DNA from: Cyanophora paradoxa CCMP329
Taxonomy: Eukaryota; Plantae; Glaucophyta
DNA: 64,000 nt
Direction: 5' to 3'
Assembly (NCBI GenBank): GCA_004431415.1
Contig: QPMI01000032.1
Span: 1 to 64,000, forward strand
Position numbers and translations under genes: made by a program. The notes below the pieces were generated by a model. The model had not been told where the DNA came from, ran no database searches, and saw only the letters and a program-made list of their open reading frames with translations. The number at the start of each line of letters is the position of its first letter. Position 1 is the first letter of the stretch. This document shows, one piece after another, positions 1-13,100 of the stretch.

Positions 1-2802
1 GCGTGGGCGCCAGTCAAGCTGCTCGTGAGTCCACCGATCCCTCCAGCTCATTGATTATAACGTTGAACTTCGCTCGTGCTACATGCCCTGGTTCCGTTTC
101 TGGAGCAATAGATCTGGGCCTTCAATTTGAATCGATTTATATCTACACCGCTCACTCTTTTCCATTTTGCGCATTAGCGTTCAGCGAAGTGCCGTACGAG
201 CCCTCGACGTGCGCTGGCATCTGCGGTTGCTGCGACGGACAGAGCGGCCCCGACGACTCCGTCGCCTATTCTCTGATGTGCGTTTCCGCGCCAATCCCGG
301 AGTCCGATCGCGAGGCTCGCAATCGCCGCTGACTCTTTGCAATTGCCGTTTAATTTGCGCAGAACGACGAGGTGAACGATTTAGATTTTTGTTGCATTGA
401 AGATTTACACGCCAGCATAAATGCGCACCTAGATCTGCGCGTGCTTCGGCGCTGGCTGACTGATTGCTCGTGTGCACGTGCACATGGCTCCATTTACAGG
501 CAGTACAAGCTGCGGTTGAGGGATCTGGATGCTCGAAATATTTCTGCGTGGAGCGGGGCCAGATTCCGAGTGACTCTCGTATATAAAGGTGAGGTGCTGT
601 AGCGCTTACTCGCTGGAATTTACGTGCACGTGCTGCTGTTGCGATTAAACTTTAATTATATATATAACCATTTGACATTACGCGATTTCACACTAGATTT
701 AGTTGAGCATCAGTATCTTACAGTTGCAATGTTTTCGGAATTCGCTGCATCTGACGTCCGGGCCCGTTCAATGTAGAAAACGGCGCGCAAGTCATGCACG
801 CCATTCGCCCCGACCGGTCTTTCAACTACGGTCAGAAGCGCAAGATGGGCAAAGGCGGCATCTCGCGTGCGTTATTGTTTGAATCCCAGCCCAACCCGGT
901 ATATGTATTCTACACATGCTAATAGTTGACGCATCCCTTGCTCGCAATTGCAACAGCGCACTGCGTCAAAGCGGAGCGGCGCGACTCGTGCACAGAGTAT
1001 CCGGAGATCGACGAAGGCCCGGGGGCGGACCCTGGCCCCTTCCTCCTGTTCGACGTGGATGTGGCTGGGGGGGCGGCCGCGGGCATCTGCCCCGGGGCGC
1101 GCCGGCCGCAACCGAGCGTCTGCCGCTACCGCAACGCTCTGCAGGCGAGGGCTCTCTTATACAAATCAGAACGCCTCGAATATAGATAATATATAACATG
1201 CGAGCTTTCTGTCTTTATTTCTCATTGCGACATCGCCTTGTATCAAACAGGCGAGGGAGCTGGTCGTGGCTATGGGCCCCGATGGCGAGGCCCTGGAGTC
1301 GTTTGCGCTCGTCGCGTCCACGGTGCGTCCAGCCTTAAATTTGAACCGCTTCAATTTGAAGTAAAAGCTTAAGCGTGCTGACTACAATCTTAAATTCGGG
1401 TGTTTTTTCTTATACATACATTCTCAGTTCCGGCACGAGCGGCGCCCGTTCGTGCTGCGGGTGGAGCCTTTGGACGGGGCGCCCCGCCCGGTCGGCTGCA
1501 TGGAGGTCACCACCCGCGCGCACCGCCTCGCCGACGGCGCGCGAGCGAGCTCGGGCCCCGCCGCCACCGCCGCCACCGCCTCGAAACCTGCTCGTAAGCA
1601 GCTCCGATGAGTTTTTTTCGATTGAAATCCTCGCTGTATCCTCAAGATGTCCGACGGTCGCAGACGCATCCAAGGCGGCAAAGGCGTCCCGATCGACGAA
1701 GAAGCGGAGGCAGGAGTCGACTTCGACGCCGCGGGCGGGGCCGGCGGCCACGTCAGCGAAGAGGAGGCGGCGGGCGTCGGACGGCAGTTCGGGATCGATC
1801 GCCAGTTCGGGATCGATCGCCATGTCCGCCGCCGCCGCCGCCGGCGTGAGCGAGGGGACGACGTCACCCCCTGGTGCGCATCCTTGCTTCTGTTTGGTTG
1901 CTCGAATCTCTCCCTCGCTTGAGCTTCGATTCGTGCCGGCGGCAGACTTCGGATTCGTGCCGTCGCTTACGTCCTCGCGGTCGGCGAGCGTGACCGGAGA
2001 CGCGGGCGACGGGGGGGAGGAGGAGGACGAGGACGACTTCGAGATGGACGGCCCCGCGGCCGATTGCCACGGCAGCGTCGCCGCGGGGTTCGGACCCGGG
2101 CTGGCGCCCCATCCGCCCATCCTCTCTTGGTCCTGCCCCGGGCCCGCGGCGCGTCCGCCCCACTCCGCCGGGCTCATCCCACTGGACCCCCACGGTGCCC
2201 TCCACCCCGAGGGGCCCCTGCACCCCATCCCGGGCCCCTGCGAATGGGTTCCCATGTTCCGGTCGACCGCGGGCGCCGCCGCACCCCCCTTCGGCCTGCA
2301 GCTGGCCGCGCCGGTATCCCCCTTCTCCTCGGTACCCGTGTACTTGGGCCCGCAGCTGCAGGCCCTGGCGGCAGAAGCAGGCCCCGGCCCAGTCAGATGC
2401 GGCTGGTGGGGCGGCCCTGCGGCGGGCCCGGGCCCCCAGATGCAGCTGCAGGGGGCGTTCCTCCCGCCGCGGCGCGCCTACGCCGCGGCGCCCGTCGCGA
2501 TTGGCGCCCCGCTGGCCCCGCTCCCGGGCGCGCCCGAAATCTGCCAGGCGCGCCAGGTGGACATCTCCACCGCCATAGCCAAGCTCTCCCCACGCTCGGC
2601 CGTGCTACAGGCTGCGGCGGCGGCGGCGGCTGGCGCCGCGTCTCTGGCCATGGGCCGCGGAGCCGTCGCGGGCGCCGGCCTCGGCCTTCCGCCATCCTCG
2701 ATCGAGCTGCCTTCGCCCGCCGCCGTCGCGATCGCCGCCGCAGAAACCGACGCCAGCTCTGAATTCATCAATTACGCCGGCGCCCATATGCATGGCCGGT
2801 GA
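1..2802 (+). CDS. Multi-exon hypothetical protein, 5' end outside window or unresolved; possible Ig-fold DNA-binding transcription factor with basic NLS and Pro/Ala-rich C-terminus
   Basis: Coding-like exons separated by short GT-AG introns (e.g. QYKLRLRDLDARNISAWSGARFRVTLVYK ~500-590; ARELVVAMGPDGEALESFALVAST 1250-1322 joined to FRHERRPFVLRVEPL 1428-). The long last exon has KKRR/KRRRR, an acidic EEEDEDD run and a Pro-rich tail ending at TGA 2802. Confidence 0.5.
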
Positions 2803-3732
2803 TCTACCGGGCCGATTGGCCAACGTTCCAACCCGCTTTTATCCTCTCCCGCCGATCCTATTCTATATGTATCTATAACTTTTCCTACGCCTTCTAGAAA
2901 TAGGGATTTCGACGTCACTATTCAATATGCATCACGTTTTATTAGTGTACGGTTTGTAGTTCTTCCCTCGGTGAGTCCTACTTTCGCCCACAAGTTGTAT
3001 GTAGTGTAAATCCGTAGTTTGCAAATCAAGGTTCTATGACGCGAGATAAAAATCGATTAGTGTCTCCGTCTTTCGCCGCGTCGGACCAATATATATTTTA
3101 GATCTAGGAGCTGTACACATATCATACTGTGTACGTATGACTGTATTCAAGCTCAGCTGCAAGCGCGGCTGCAGTTTTAAGCGCTGACGAAACGTTCACG
3201 CGAGCCTTCGAACAGTCCCGCAGCTCTTGACCGATTGTAAATGGAAACTGCTATTTTAATTTCATAAGCATCCGATGATCGCTATCGTAGTTAGCATACT
3301 ATTATTCGGGTTCTTATTCGTTATTCTCTAGTATCATGTCGCGTAGTTTCCGCGACCGTCTATGTAGCGCTCTTGCCTAGTAGTCCGGCCGCCGGGCGGC
3401 TTCTGCCTATCCGTGCCCACAAAAGAGCTTATTCTAGCTCCAATAGTACCGTAGTGCACGTGTCAATCATCTGCATTTGTGAGTCGCTGTATATGCGCAA
3501 AATTAAACATTTGAATACTATGCGCATGCGGCATCTCTGTAAGCCATGAATAACCTGCAGCGCGCGAAACTTGGAACCCGACTTGCACTTTGGAGCCTCG
3601 CTATTCCCCGAGCCCGCTCGGGCCCCTGCGCCCCCGGGCCCTGGCTTTTATCCAAGTGATTTATGTGAAAGTGATTAATAGAATTACAAACCGCAGCAAG
3701 CAGGGCGCCGGCGCCGGCGGGGCGCGCTATAG

Positions 3733-6700
3733 CTATCGGGGCGGGGAGGAGGAGGGGGATCGAGAGGGACCAAAGCCGGGGCCCGGGACGCCGGGCCAGG
3801 GCAGGCTCTCCCCCGGGGTGGCGTGGAGGGGTACGCCCGCCGAGACGCCCACCACGACGCCCTCGCTCGTGCGGAGGGCGACGATGGCGCCCGCGCCCCC
3901 GCCCGCGCTCGCCCGCAGCGGCGCCGGTGGGCCCGAGCGCGGGCGCCCGGCCTTGACCGCCGGCGAACGCGCCTCGGCGGCCGCCGCCGCGCTGGCCGGC
4001 CGCTGCGGCGAGAGATGGGTACGGTAGCGCGGCTGGCTGTAGAGCACGCTGTGCCCCACCCGGGGGGCGTGCCGTCCGGGGGCCCGAGCCGGGTCCGGGC
4101 GACGAGGCCCGGATGGTCTCCCACGGCCCGCGCCGCACGTGACTCCGGTCGGCCCATGACTCCTCCTCCCACGCGTCCGGATCGCCGTCGTCCCAGCTCC
4201 ACGCCGGCCCGCGGGCCGCCGGTGGGCCGGCGGAGGGCGGAGGCGACGCGGCGCGGCCGGCGGCGTCAGAGGCGAACAGGACGGCGCCGAGGGGCTGGCT
4301 CCAGCCCTGCCCGGACCGGCGGCCGACCGCCGGTCCCCTCGGCCCAGGCCAGACGAGCCGGCCGAGCCAACGCGGGAGGGGCCGGCCCGGAGGCCGGGCG
4401 GGCGCCGGCCGACCGGGCGGAGGCGACGGTGGCGGCGGGCGAGGCGGGGCGCGGGGCGCCGGCGCCGGCGCCGGCGACGACGGCCGAGGCGGAGGCGGCG
4501 GCGGAGGTCGGGCGGCTCCCGAAGGACCGAGACGAGTGGGCGCTGGCCGGCGTGGCCGGTCGCCCGCCCGCGGCGGCGGCAGCGGCGGCGGCCGCGGCGG
4601 CGGAGGGCGGGCGGCTGGTGGTGCGCCCCGAGAGGGCGGCGAGGGCGGCGGCGGCGGGGGAGGCGGGCCGGGGCCCAGCGGCCGTCGCGAGGGCGAACGC
4701 CGCGGCGGCGGCGGCGGCGGCGGCGTCGGCGGCCGAGGGCGGGCGGTTGGAGAAGGCGGAGGTGTGGACGGTGGCGAGGTGCGGGCGGGGCGGGCCGGAG
4801 GGCACCTGCGGGTCCGCCGTGATGAAGCGGAAGAGGCGCGGGGCCCCTCGGGAAGGGGCCGCGACCCGTCGCTCCGGGTCGAGGCGGCGGAGCCGGGCCG
4901 CGGGCCCGGGCCAGGGCCCGGGGCGTGCCCGTGGCTGTAGTTCGCGACCCCCGAGGGCCCCGCGGTGGCCGGCGAGGGCGGCCGCGCCTGCAGCAGCGAC
5001 GAGCGCCGCCGCGCCGCCGCCGCTAGCGAGCCGGTCCCGGGGTACACGGCGTGGCTGAGCGAGGGGGCCGAGGCGGCGGGGGCGAGGGCCCGCGGGGGCG
5101 CGGAGGGCTGCGCGGGATGCGCGGGGTACGGGTGCGAGGGGAGGCGGTGCAGGGCGGCGGCGGAGGCGGAGGGGTACAGAGCGAGCCCGGGAGCCGAGAG
5201 GGCCCGCGAGAGGGAGCGCGGGTGGGTCGCCAGAGGCCTACGAATCGCGAGGCGGGAGTCAGCAGAGGGCCGGCTGGTTAGCAGGAGGGAAGGCACGCAC
5301 TGGGGGTCGGCGGGGGCGGCGAAGGGGGCGACTGTGGTATGGATGGCGGCGCGGGGCTGCGTGGCGGGGCCAGGCACGGGCGGCGGGCGCTCCGGCACGC
5401 GGTTCTTGGGGTGGGCGGGGTCCGAGGCGGGCGGGAGGCCGGCGATGGCCGCGCAGAGCCGCGCGGCGGCCGCCGCAGGGACGCGGAGGTGCGGGGCGCC
5501 GCCCTCGTTCCCCTCCTCCTCCTCCTCGGCCTTGGCAGGGGCGCGCGAGGCGGCGGAGACGCGCTCGTGGCGCCGGCGCTCGCGCTTGCGCCGCTGGGAG
5601 AGCTCGAGCGCGGCCGCCGCCTCGCCGAAGATGACAGCGAGCATGTCCTCGTCGAAGCGGAAGCGGGCGGCGGAGGTCAGAGCAGAGGCCCCGCGGGCGC
5701 TGCGGGCGGCCGAGGCGATGGCCGCCAGGGTGCGCTGCGACCCTATCTTGAGGGAGCGACGGATGGAGGGGCTGTTGCGGAGGGCCTCGAGGAGGAGCGG
5801 GGGCGGCTGGAAGCGGGCGCGCGGGCCGCGGGCGCTCTTGGGCGGAGAAGACTCGGAGGCCGAGACGGACGCCGCGTCGCGGTCGGACTCGGCCCCGCTT
5901 CGAACCACGACGACCTCCTCGGCGCGGGCGCGCCGCGGGCGGAACGAGACGCCGGTCGCGAAGCTGGCGGCGATGCGGGCGTCCAGGGGCCCGCCCGGCG
6001 GGAACCCGTCCGCCTCCTCCGCCTCGGCCGAGCCGTCCTCGGTCGAGATCGCCGTGCCGGCGGTGCCGGGCCGGGCGCCCCCCGCGTCCACGCTCTGCCT
6101 CGAGGCCGGGCGCGCCTCCGGCGTCCCGCCGCGCTGCTTGCCGCCCCGCCCCGGCCGAGGCACCTTCGGGTCCTGAGCCGCGCAAAGGAGCTTAGATTGG
6201 AGCGGGCGGGGCCACGCGGAGGCGGGGGCGGGGGCGGGCGGGCCTGGCGGGCGAGCGCGCTGACGGATCGCCAGACGGCGCGGGTCAGCTCTTCGAGGAG
6301 GGACAGGCGCAGGTTCTCGGCGCCGTCCGGGGATCCCCGCAGCGTGGCCCACGTCTCGACGGCGTGCGCGCGCGCCCCGCCCATCAGCTCGGGCATCGCG
6401 CGCTCCACGAATTGATCTTCGTCCTCGGGGAGGCGGTGCTGCCCGGGCAACGAGCGCGCCCCGGCCCGCGTCGCCGCCGTCGATGGCCAGCACTCCAGGC
6501 ACCGCTTCCGCAGCCGCTCCTTCTCCCGGTCCATCGCCGCCCAGTCCTGGTCATCCAAGACGCGGGTCGGGAGCCCCAGCTCGCGCGTCAGGTACCCTGC
6601 GCGCGGCTCAGCGCGGCGCTGAGCACGCGCATGCGCGCCAAGAGAGGGGCGGTGGACGCACACTCGAGCTCCTCCAGCGCCGCGAAGAGGAGCCGGACGC

Positions 6701-6902
6701 TTAGCGCGAAGTAGAGGCGGCACCGCGCCGTCGGGAAGGACATCTGAGTAGCGAACCAGGAGGCCGCCATCACCTTCCTGCGAGGGGCCCTGGTCAGCGC
6801 TCGGCGGGGGGCGCCGTGCAGCTTGCGAGGTCGGCGCAAGCGTATCAGGAGGGCAGCGCACGTGATGACGACCCCCCTCCATCGCTCTAGCGCGCCCGGC
6901 AT
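3733..6902 (-). CDS. Multi-exon hypothetical protein, mostly Ala/Pro/Ser/Arg low-complexity, with a small helical N-terminal region
   Basis: Long minus-strand open frames (3518-6502, 4266-4805, 5743-7038, 6588-6902) that join at plausible splice sites. Ordered segment GYLTRELGLPTRVLDDQDWAAMDREKERLRKRCLECWP...LSLLEELTRAVWRSV. Start and stop are uncertain. Confidence 0.5.
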
Positions 6903-7111
6903 CCACCGAGGGCGCCGGCTCGAAACAGCTTCCGAGCTGGGTACGGCAAATTATAAGCTTGGTCGCTGCACCACTCCAAACGCGCCGAGCCGACTCCTTC
7001 CGGCCTGCAGAAGCTAGCTGCCTGCTTCCTGGCACCATGCGTCCCCGGAGGCAAGGATAGCGAGCGAGCTAGACCAGCACAGCAGGCGGCGCACCGAGCA
7101 CCGTAGCTAAG

Positions 7112-10100
7112 ATGTCCACGTCTCGCTCAAGGCGCAGCGACACCTCGCAGGGCGGGGGCGAGGGTGGCGCCTACGTGAGCCGCGTCCGCGAGGTCCGCGC
7201 GGGCCCCGGCGCTTGCGGTGCTCGCAGAAGCCGCTGACGCCGCCCTGCAGCTCATCAGGGGCATCAGCGTGAAGTCCTACATCCCTGCAGTGCGGCTCCC
7301 TGCCCGCCAGGGCCGCTGCTGCGACCCTAACCCCTAAGGCCGCAGGCGCAGGCGCAGGCGGCGGCAGCGCAGAAGCTCAACCCGTCTGCGAGCGCTCCGG
7401 CTCTGGGAGACAAGCGAGCGTGCGCTCGCTCTCCTTTGGGAGCCTCATGCGCGCCCGGCCGACGCCCGCGGCCCCGCAGGCACGGCCGGCCGGCGAGCGC
7501 GCCGAATGCCACGGCTGCGGGGTCGCCCGCGTCGTTCGAGCGCTCGCTGCGGGGCGGCGATAGCGGTCGGGAGAAGGAGGAGCGGCAGCAGTGGAAGATC
7601 GAGCGGCTGGCGGAGCGGCAGCTCGTGATCTCGCGCCCGCACTCGGCGAGCCTGAACCCGCACTTCCACATGGGCCCGCACGCCGCCGCGCCCGAGCCCT
7701 CCTCGCCCCGCTCGCCCCTCTCCGGCTCCTCGCGCTCCCTCCGCCGTCCGCCCGCCCGCCCGCCCCTTCCCTCCTTTCCTCCTTTCCTTCTGAACGCCCG
7801 CCCCGCAGCGGCCTCGGGCGGCGGCGCCAGCTCGGCGGACCGCAGGGGGGCCCTGAGGAGGGGTACGGGGCCGGAGTCGACCCCGGGATCCGCCAAGCCA
7901 CCCCGGGGCCCGCCCCCGCTCGTCCCGGGGCCTCTCATGCTGGCCGCCGTACCCCCCTCCGCGGAGGTCGAGGTACCCGGGACGACCGCCGGGTCCATTA
8001 GAAGAAACCTGATACCCCTCCAGGAGGAGGACCGCGCCCGCGACGCCGCCAATGCCCTCGCCGCCCACGCCGCCGGTACCTCGTACCCCCCAACTCCTCC
8101 CCCCCCGTCGCCCCGAGAATCTCATACCCCCCCCTCCTCCTCAGACCTTCGGAGCGAGGCGGAGCTCTACAACGTCGCGTTCGACGAGGCGCTCGCCCTC
8201 GTGCGCCGTACCCCCCCCGGGGGGGGGGGGCGAGGGCCATCCAGCATGATGCATCCAGCTAGCCAGCCACTTGACTCCGCCCCCGGCGCAGGTGTGCGAG
8301 GCGTGCCAGGGGGCGGCGGCGGACCACCTGCGCTCGGCGTGGGGTCGCCTCGCGAACGTCGCCGCCAGCGCCGCCGCCGCCGTCGACGCCGCCTGCCGCC
8401 GCATGCGCCGCGAGGCCCAGCAGCGTGCGCCCCGTACCCCCCCTCCCTCCCCCTTTGAACCCCGCCTTCAACCCCCACCCCTGCGCTCTTCATCTTCTTC
8501 CTTCCTAAGCCTTCTTCCTTCCTTCCTCCTCCCCGCGCAGACGACTGGGAGATGGGGCGGAGCAAGGGCCAGGCGGCGGAGCTCTTCAAGAAGGGGCGCG
8601 AGTGCTCGCGGGAGCTCCTGCGCGCCCGCAACCACATTACGGAGCTCGAGTCGGAGCTCGCGACCATGCGCCTCGCCCAGGTTCGAATCCGGAGACGAAT
8701 GATTCCGCGCGGGATCGAATTCTTAATGCAGCGGAGCTACCGGGGGCCATATTTAGACGCCCTCTCGTCTATCTCTAGCTCTAGCGCGATCCAGCGAGCC
8801 CAGCTCTCTGTGGGCCTAGGCCTTCGGCGTGTCGCCTAGTTGCTTGTCGTCGCCCTCGCCCCGCTGATCTCTGCTCTTGCCCAACCTTGACGTCTTTAAC
8901 GGATCGAATTTAACCTTACGCGCCTACGGCCCTCGCCCCGCTGATCGCAGCTTTCGCCCCGCGCAGAAGAGCCGCGAGGCGGACCCGCTGGCGCCCCTGC
9001 CCTCCCCCACCGTGCGCCGGGTCGAATCTGGCCGGGCCCGAGCCGTCCGAGCCGTCCGAGTCGGCCGGACAGCTAGCCGGCCAGCTAGCTACAACCGAGC
9101 CGTCCGAGTCGGCCGGACAGCTAGCCGTCCGAGCGGGCCCGAGTCGGCCGGCCGGCCAGATAGCTAGCGGGGGCCCCGGCGCCGGACCGCCGGTCTAGAT
9201 CGCCCCCGGATCAAATCTAGGCCTAACCACCGCCCACGGCCGCCCGACCGCAGCTGCGCCTAGAGATATCGCTCTGGGGGAGGCCATCTAGGCTTAGGCC
9301 TAATCTCGCGTCCGCGGCCGCCTTCTAGATCGCCGGATTACATCTAAGCCTGTACTCTGGAATCTCGGTTCTAGGCCAATCTCGGATCGAATCAGATCGG
9401 ATCAAATTCAGACAATCTAGACCGCCGGATCACATCTAAGCCCCCATCCCCCTCGCGGCCGCCCGACCGCAGCTGCGCCTAGATCTGTCTACTAGTCCCG
9501 AGCCGCCCGACCACCGCCCGCCCTCTCACGGGCGCCCCGGGCGCGCAGCTGCGGGCGGCGAACGTGAGCCTGGCGCCGGGGCAAGACCCAGCCTCCCTCG
9601 ACTACGACGAGCGGGTGCCCCCGCCCGCCCCACCCCGCCCCGCCCCGCCCCGCCCCGCCCAGCCCCGCCCCGCCCCGCGCCGCCCCGCCCCCTCCGCTCG
9701 GCCGCCAGCCTAGACTAGACTCGGGCCTCGCCCCTCGTGATCTCCCTCTTCCTCCCTCGGCTTATCTCGGCGCGTGGCTCGCCTGAGGGGGCGGCCGGGC
9801 GCCTGAGGGGGCGGCGCGGCGGCCGCCGGCGGCGGCAGGAGCGGCTCGCCTAGATAGCAAAGCTAGCCCAGTAGGCCACGCTGAGCTTCGCCCCCTGAAG
9901 AAGCGGCCGCGGCGCCCTGCCCTCCGCCCGCCTCGCCCGCCTCGCGCGGCTGGCGCTGCCAGCCTCGGGCCGCGCCCCTCGTCCCCTTCCTCTTAGCTTG
10001 GCTTAGTTCGGCGCGGCCCATCGGACCTGACCCGCCGGCGGCAGGAGCGGCTCGCCCTCCTGAACCGGATCGAGGAGCTGGAGGGGGAGAACCGGCGGGC

Positions 10101-13100
10101 GCGCGACATCCTCCGCTCCTCCGCCCTCTCCATCATCGACCTCTCCGGTGCGAAGCTTAAGATCTCGGGCGATACAGAACCCAGAACTATAGAACTCCTT
10201 TTAAGAAGCGGTGGAAGACGGCAGCTATAGAAGACTGGAGTGATCTTTTCCGCCTCTATTTTGTCCTCTATTTTGTCTCCTAGAAGCTCAGCCTGGCAGC
10301 TCCGGGGCGCTCAAATGGGCGGCGTTGGGGGCACTCAGATGGTCCTTTGAAGAAGCCGGGGCGCTCAGATGAGCAGCTCTAAATCCCCCCTTTCCACTCC
10401 CCCCCCCCCCCCCCCCTACACATACACACACACACACACGCCCTCCCCTTCCCGCCTCCGCCTATCGCCTACACCCCCCTCCGCCTATCCTATCTCACCG
10501 CCGCGCGCCCCCACCCGCAGCGCTGGACGAGATGCTGGTGATGGACTACGCGGAGCTGCGGCGCGCCCTCAAGGCCGCCGAGGAGGCCCAGGCCCGCCAG
10601 CGGCGCCTGCTAGGGGGCGGCGCTGGCGCGGCCGTGCTCAGCACGCGGCGGAGCAGCAGAAGCAGGAAGGGCTCGGCGGCGGAGAGGGGGGGGGACGCGG
10701 CCCACGGGGCGCCGCCCAGCGCCGAGGACGACGAGGCGTTCAGGCTGCTGCTAGAGGGAGGAGGCAGCAAGATCAAGAAGGCCTCCTCCTCCGCCTCTGC
10801 GGCGGCGCGGGTGCCGCGGACCTCGAGCGAGCTGGCGGGGGCGGGCCCCTCGCCCCCGGCCACCTCCCGCTCCGTCCACGTCGACGACACGCGGGACGCC
10901 TCCAAGGCGAGCCCTCCAAGTCCAATGTCTTACCACCTTCTTAATCTAATCTTATCTAATCTTAATCTAATCGTACTCTCGGCTCCGACACCCGCGACGC
11001 CTCCAAGGCGGGCGTCATTCCGTCCCATCCCACTCGGCCTCCGCCCGTCCCGCTCACCCTCGTCCCGGGGCAGGAAATGGAGGCGGCGGTGCGGGCGGAG
11101 CAGCTGGCGAGGATCCAGGCCGCCCTCCCCGACCTCCGCCACGCCCAGGTCCGTCCCGGCCCGTTTCTTTGTTTGTTTGTTTGGAGGGCACGCGCCTCGT
11201 TAGTTAAATCTTCTTCTTCGATCCTAAGGAGATCCAAGAAGAGGGTTCTAAGACCTTACTAAGTGATGTAAGAAGTTCTTAGCGGATATAAGAACCTACA
11301 AGACGTCCGACAGGCCCAGGCGCGCCGGGGGCCCGGGGGGGGCTCAGGGGGGCCTCATGATCATGGCGCCGGGCTCGAGCGCAAAGGCGGCCTTCTAGAG
11401 TGGACGGCTAGCCTAGAAGAAGAAAAGGCGGATAGCCCCAGTCGGTCGGTTTAGAGGGCGCCGCGCTCAAGGGCCGGGGCGGGCAGCCTGGGAAAGAGTT
11501 CGCGCTAGCTCTAGATCCCACGGGAGCGGCGGGGGACGCCGCGCGCTCTTTCTTCTTCTTAGATCTTAAGATTCAAGAAGAAGGATCTGAGATCTAAGAA
11601 ATCCTTAGTGAATCTAAGACCCCCGCCCGCCCGCCCGCTGGCTTGCTTGCTTGCGATTGCTTGCTCTCCTCTGCCCATTTCCCTCACCTCGAAGCGATTT
11701 CCGCTTCTTTCCAGACCGCCTGTCTACCGCCTATCCGCCCGCCTGTCTATAGCCGCCAACTCACCTCCACCCCACAGGAGGAGCGGAAGCGGCGGGAGGC
11801 GCGGCGCCGGGCGCGGCGGGTGGCGCGGGGCGAGGACGAGGAGGGAGGGGGCGGGGCCGGCTCCTCGGGCTCCTCCTCGGGCGGGGAGGGGAGCGCGGAG
11901 GAGGGATCGCTCGTCCGCGTCGTCCGGGACAAGGTGACCGGTCGCCCCGGGGCTCCCCTCCCCACGCCTTAGAATTTCCCCACTCTAGCCGTGGGTCCCG
12001 TAGCCTCAGACCTACGCTACGGGTCCCGTAGAGGGAATTTCCTGTCTAGCTCTGACTCTCTCTGACTCTGACTCTGTCCGCGTCGTCGGGGACAAGGTCA
12101 CCGGGGCCCGGTGCGCGGCCCGCCCTCCCCGCCCTACCTCCCCAGCGGCGGGAGGAAGAAGATTGGCAACCTGCGCAAATCGCCACAGATCCCCCCTTCC
12201 CCCCTCCCCCCCCCAGCGCATCCCGCCCTCTTCTCCCGCTCGCCCGCCCTGGGCGGCCTCGGGCCTCGGGCCTCACTCGCCCCCCCCCCCCCCTCCACCC
12301 CCCCCCTCCCCCCCGCAGGACGGTGCAGCTGCTGGAGCGGCGGCGGCAGCAGCTCTTCGAGACCTCCTACACCGCCCTCCCCCGCGTGCGCCCCTGCCTC
12401 CGCCTCGACCACCGACCCCCTCCTCACCCCTCGGGCCAGGCGGCGGAGGGGAACGCGCTGGAGGAGCTGCTGCGGGAGGTCGAGGAGGGCGGGGAGCAGC
12501 GCGCCCAGGTCCGCCCAGAGGGGCGCGGGGCGGGGCAGACGGGGCAGAGGGGCCCAGCACCACTAGCCGCCCCCTAGCGGTTGGGCGGGGGAATGGAGCC
12601 AGCCAGCCCCTGGAGTCTAGCCGGCCTAGCCGTCCTTCCCGCGGGAGTGGGGGGCGGAAAGGGAGCCGCGGGGCCAGCTAGCGCCTGGGGCCTAGCCGTC
12701 CCAGCTGCGCCCCTGCCGGCCTAGCCGTCCATCCGCCCCTGCGCCGCTTCCCCAGCCCGCCTGATCCTCTCCCTCCGTCTTCGGCGCCCCGGCCCGCAGC
12801 TCCTGGCGGCTCTGGAGTCGCTCCTGCTCGAGCGCGAGGCGGCTCGGGGCTCCTCCTCCGGCGGCGCCGGGGCCCTGAGCCCCGCTGGCGCGGGGTCAGG
12901 GGCGGGGACCGGGACGGGGGCGGGCACCCCCGCGCACTTCTTCGGCGGCGCGGAGGACTGGGCGGCGGGCCCGCGCCGCCCCTCCTCCACGTCGGCGCAC
13001 GTACCCCCCCGCCGAGTCCGTCCTCTTTCGTTTTGCTTTCTTCCCTCCCGTCTCTTTACCGCCCCCCTCCCCCCCCCGCCCCCCCTCCCCCCCTTCAGGG

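Noticed and set aside
3518-6502. 994-aa single-exon ORF, and the many long overlapping Arg/Pro/Gly-rich ORFs across the window
   Set aside because: Very high GC suppresses stop codons. These frames run through introns and switch between coding and non-coding registers.
7325-7338. Telomere-like ccctaacccctaa
   Set aside because: Only two imperfect units inside an intron, more simply a CTAAC branch-point region.
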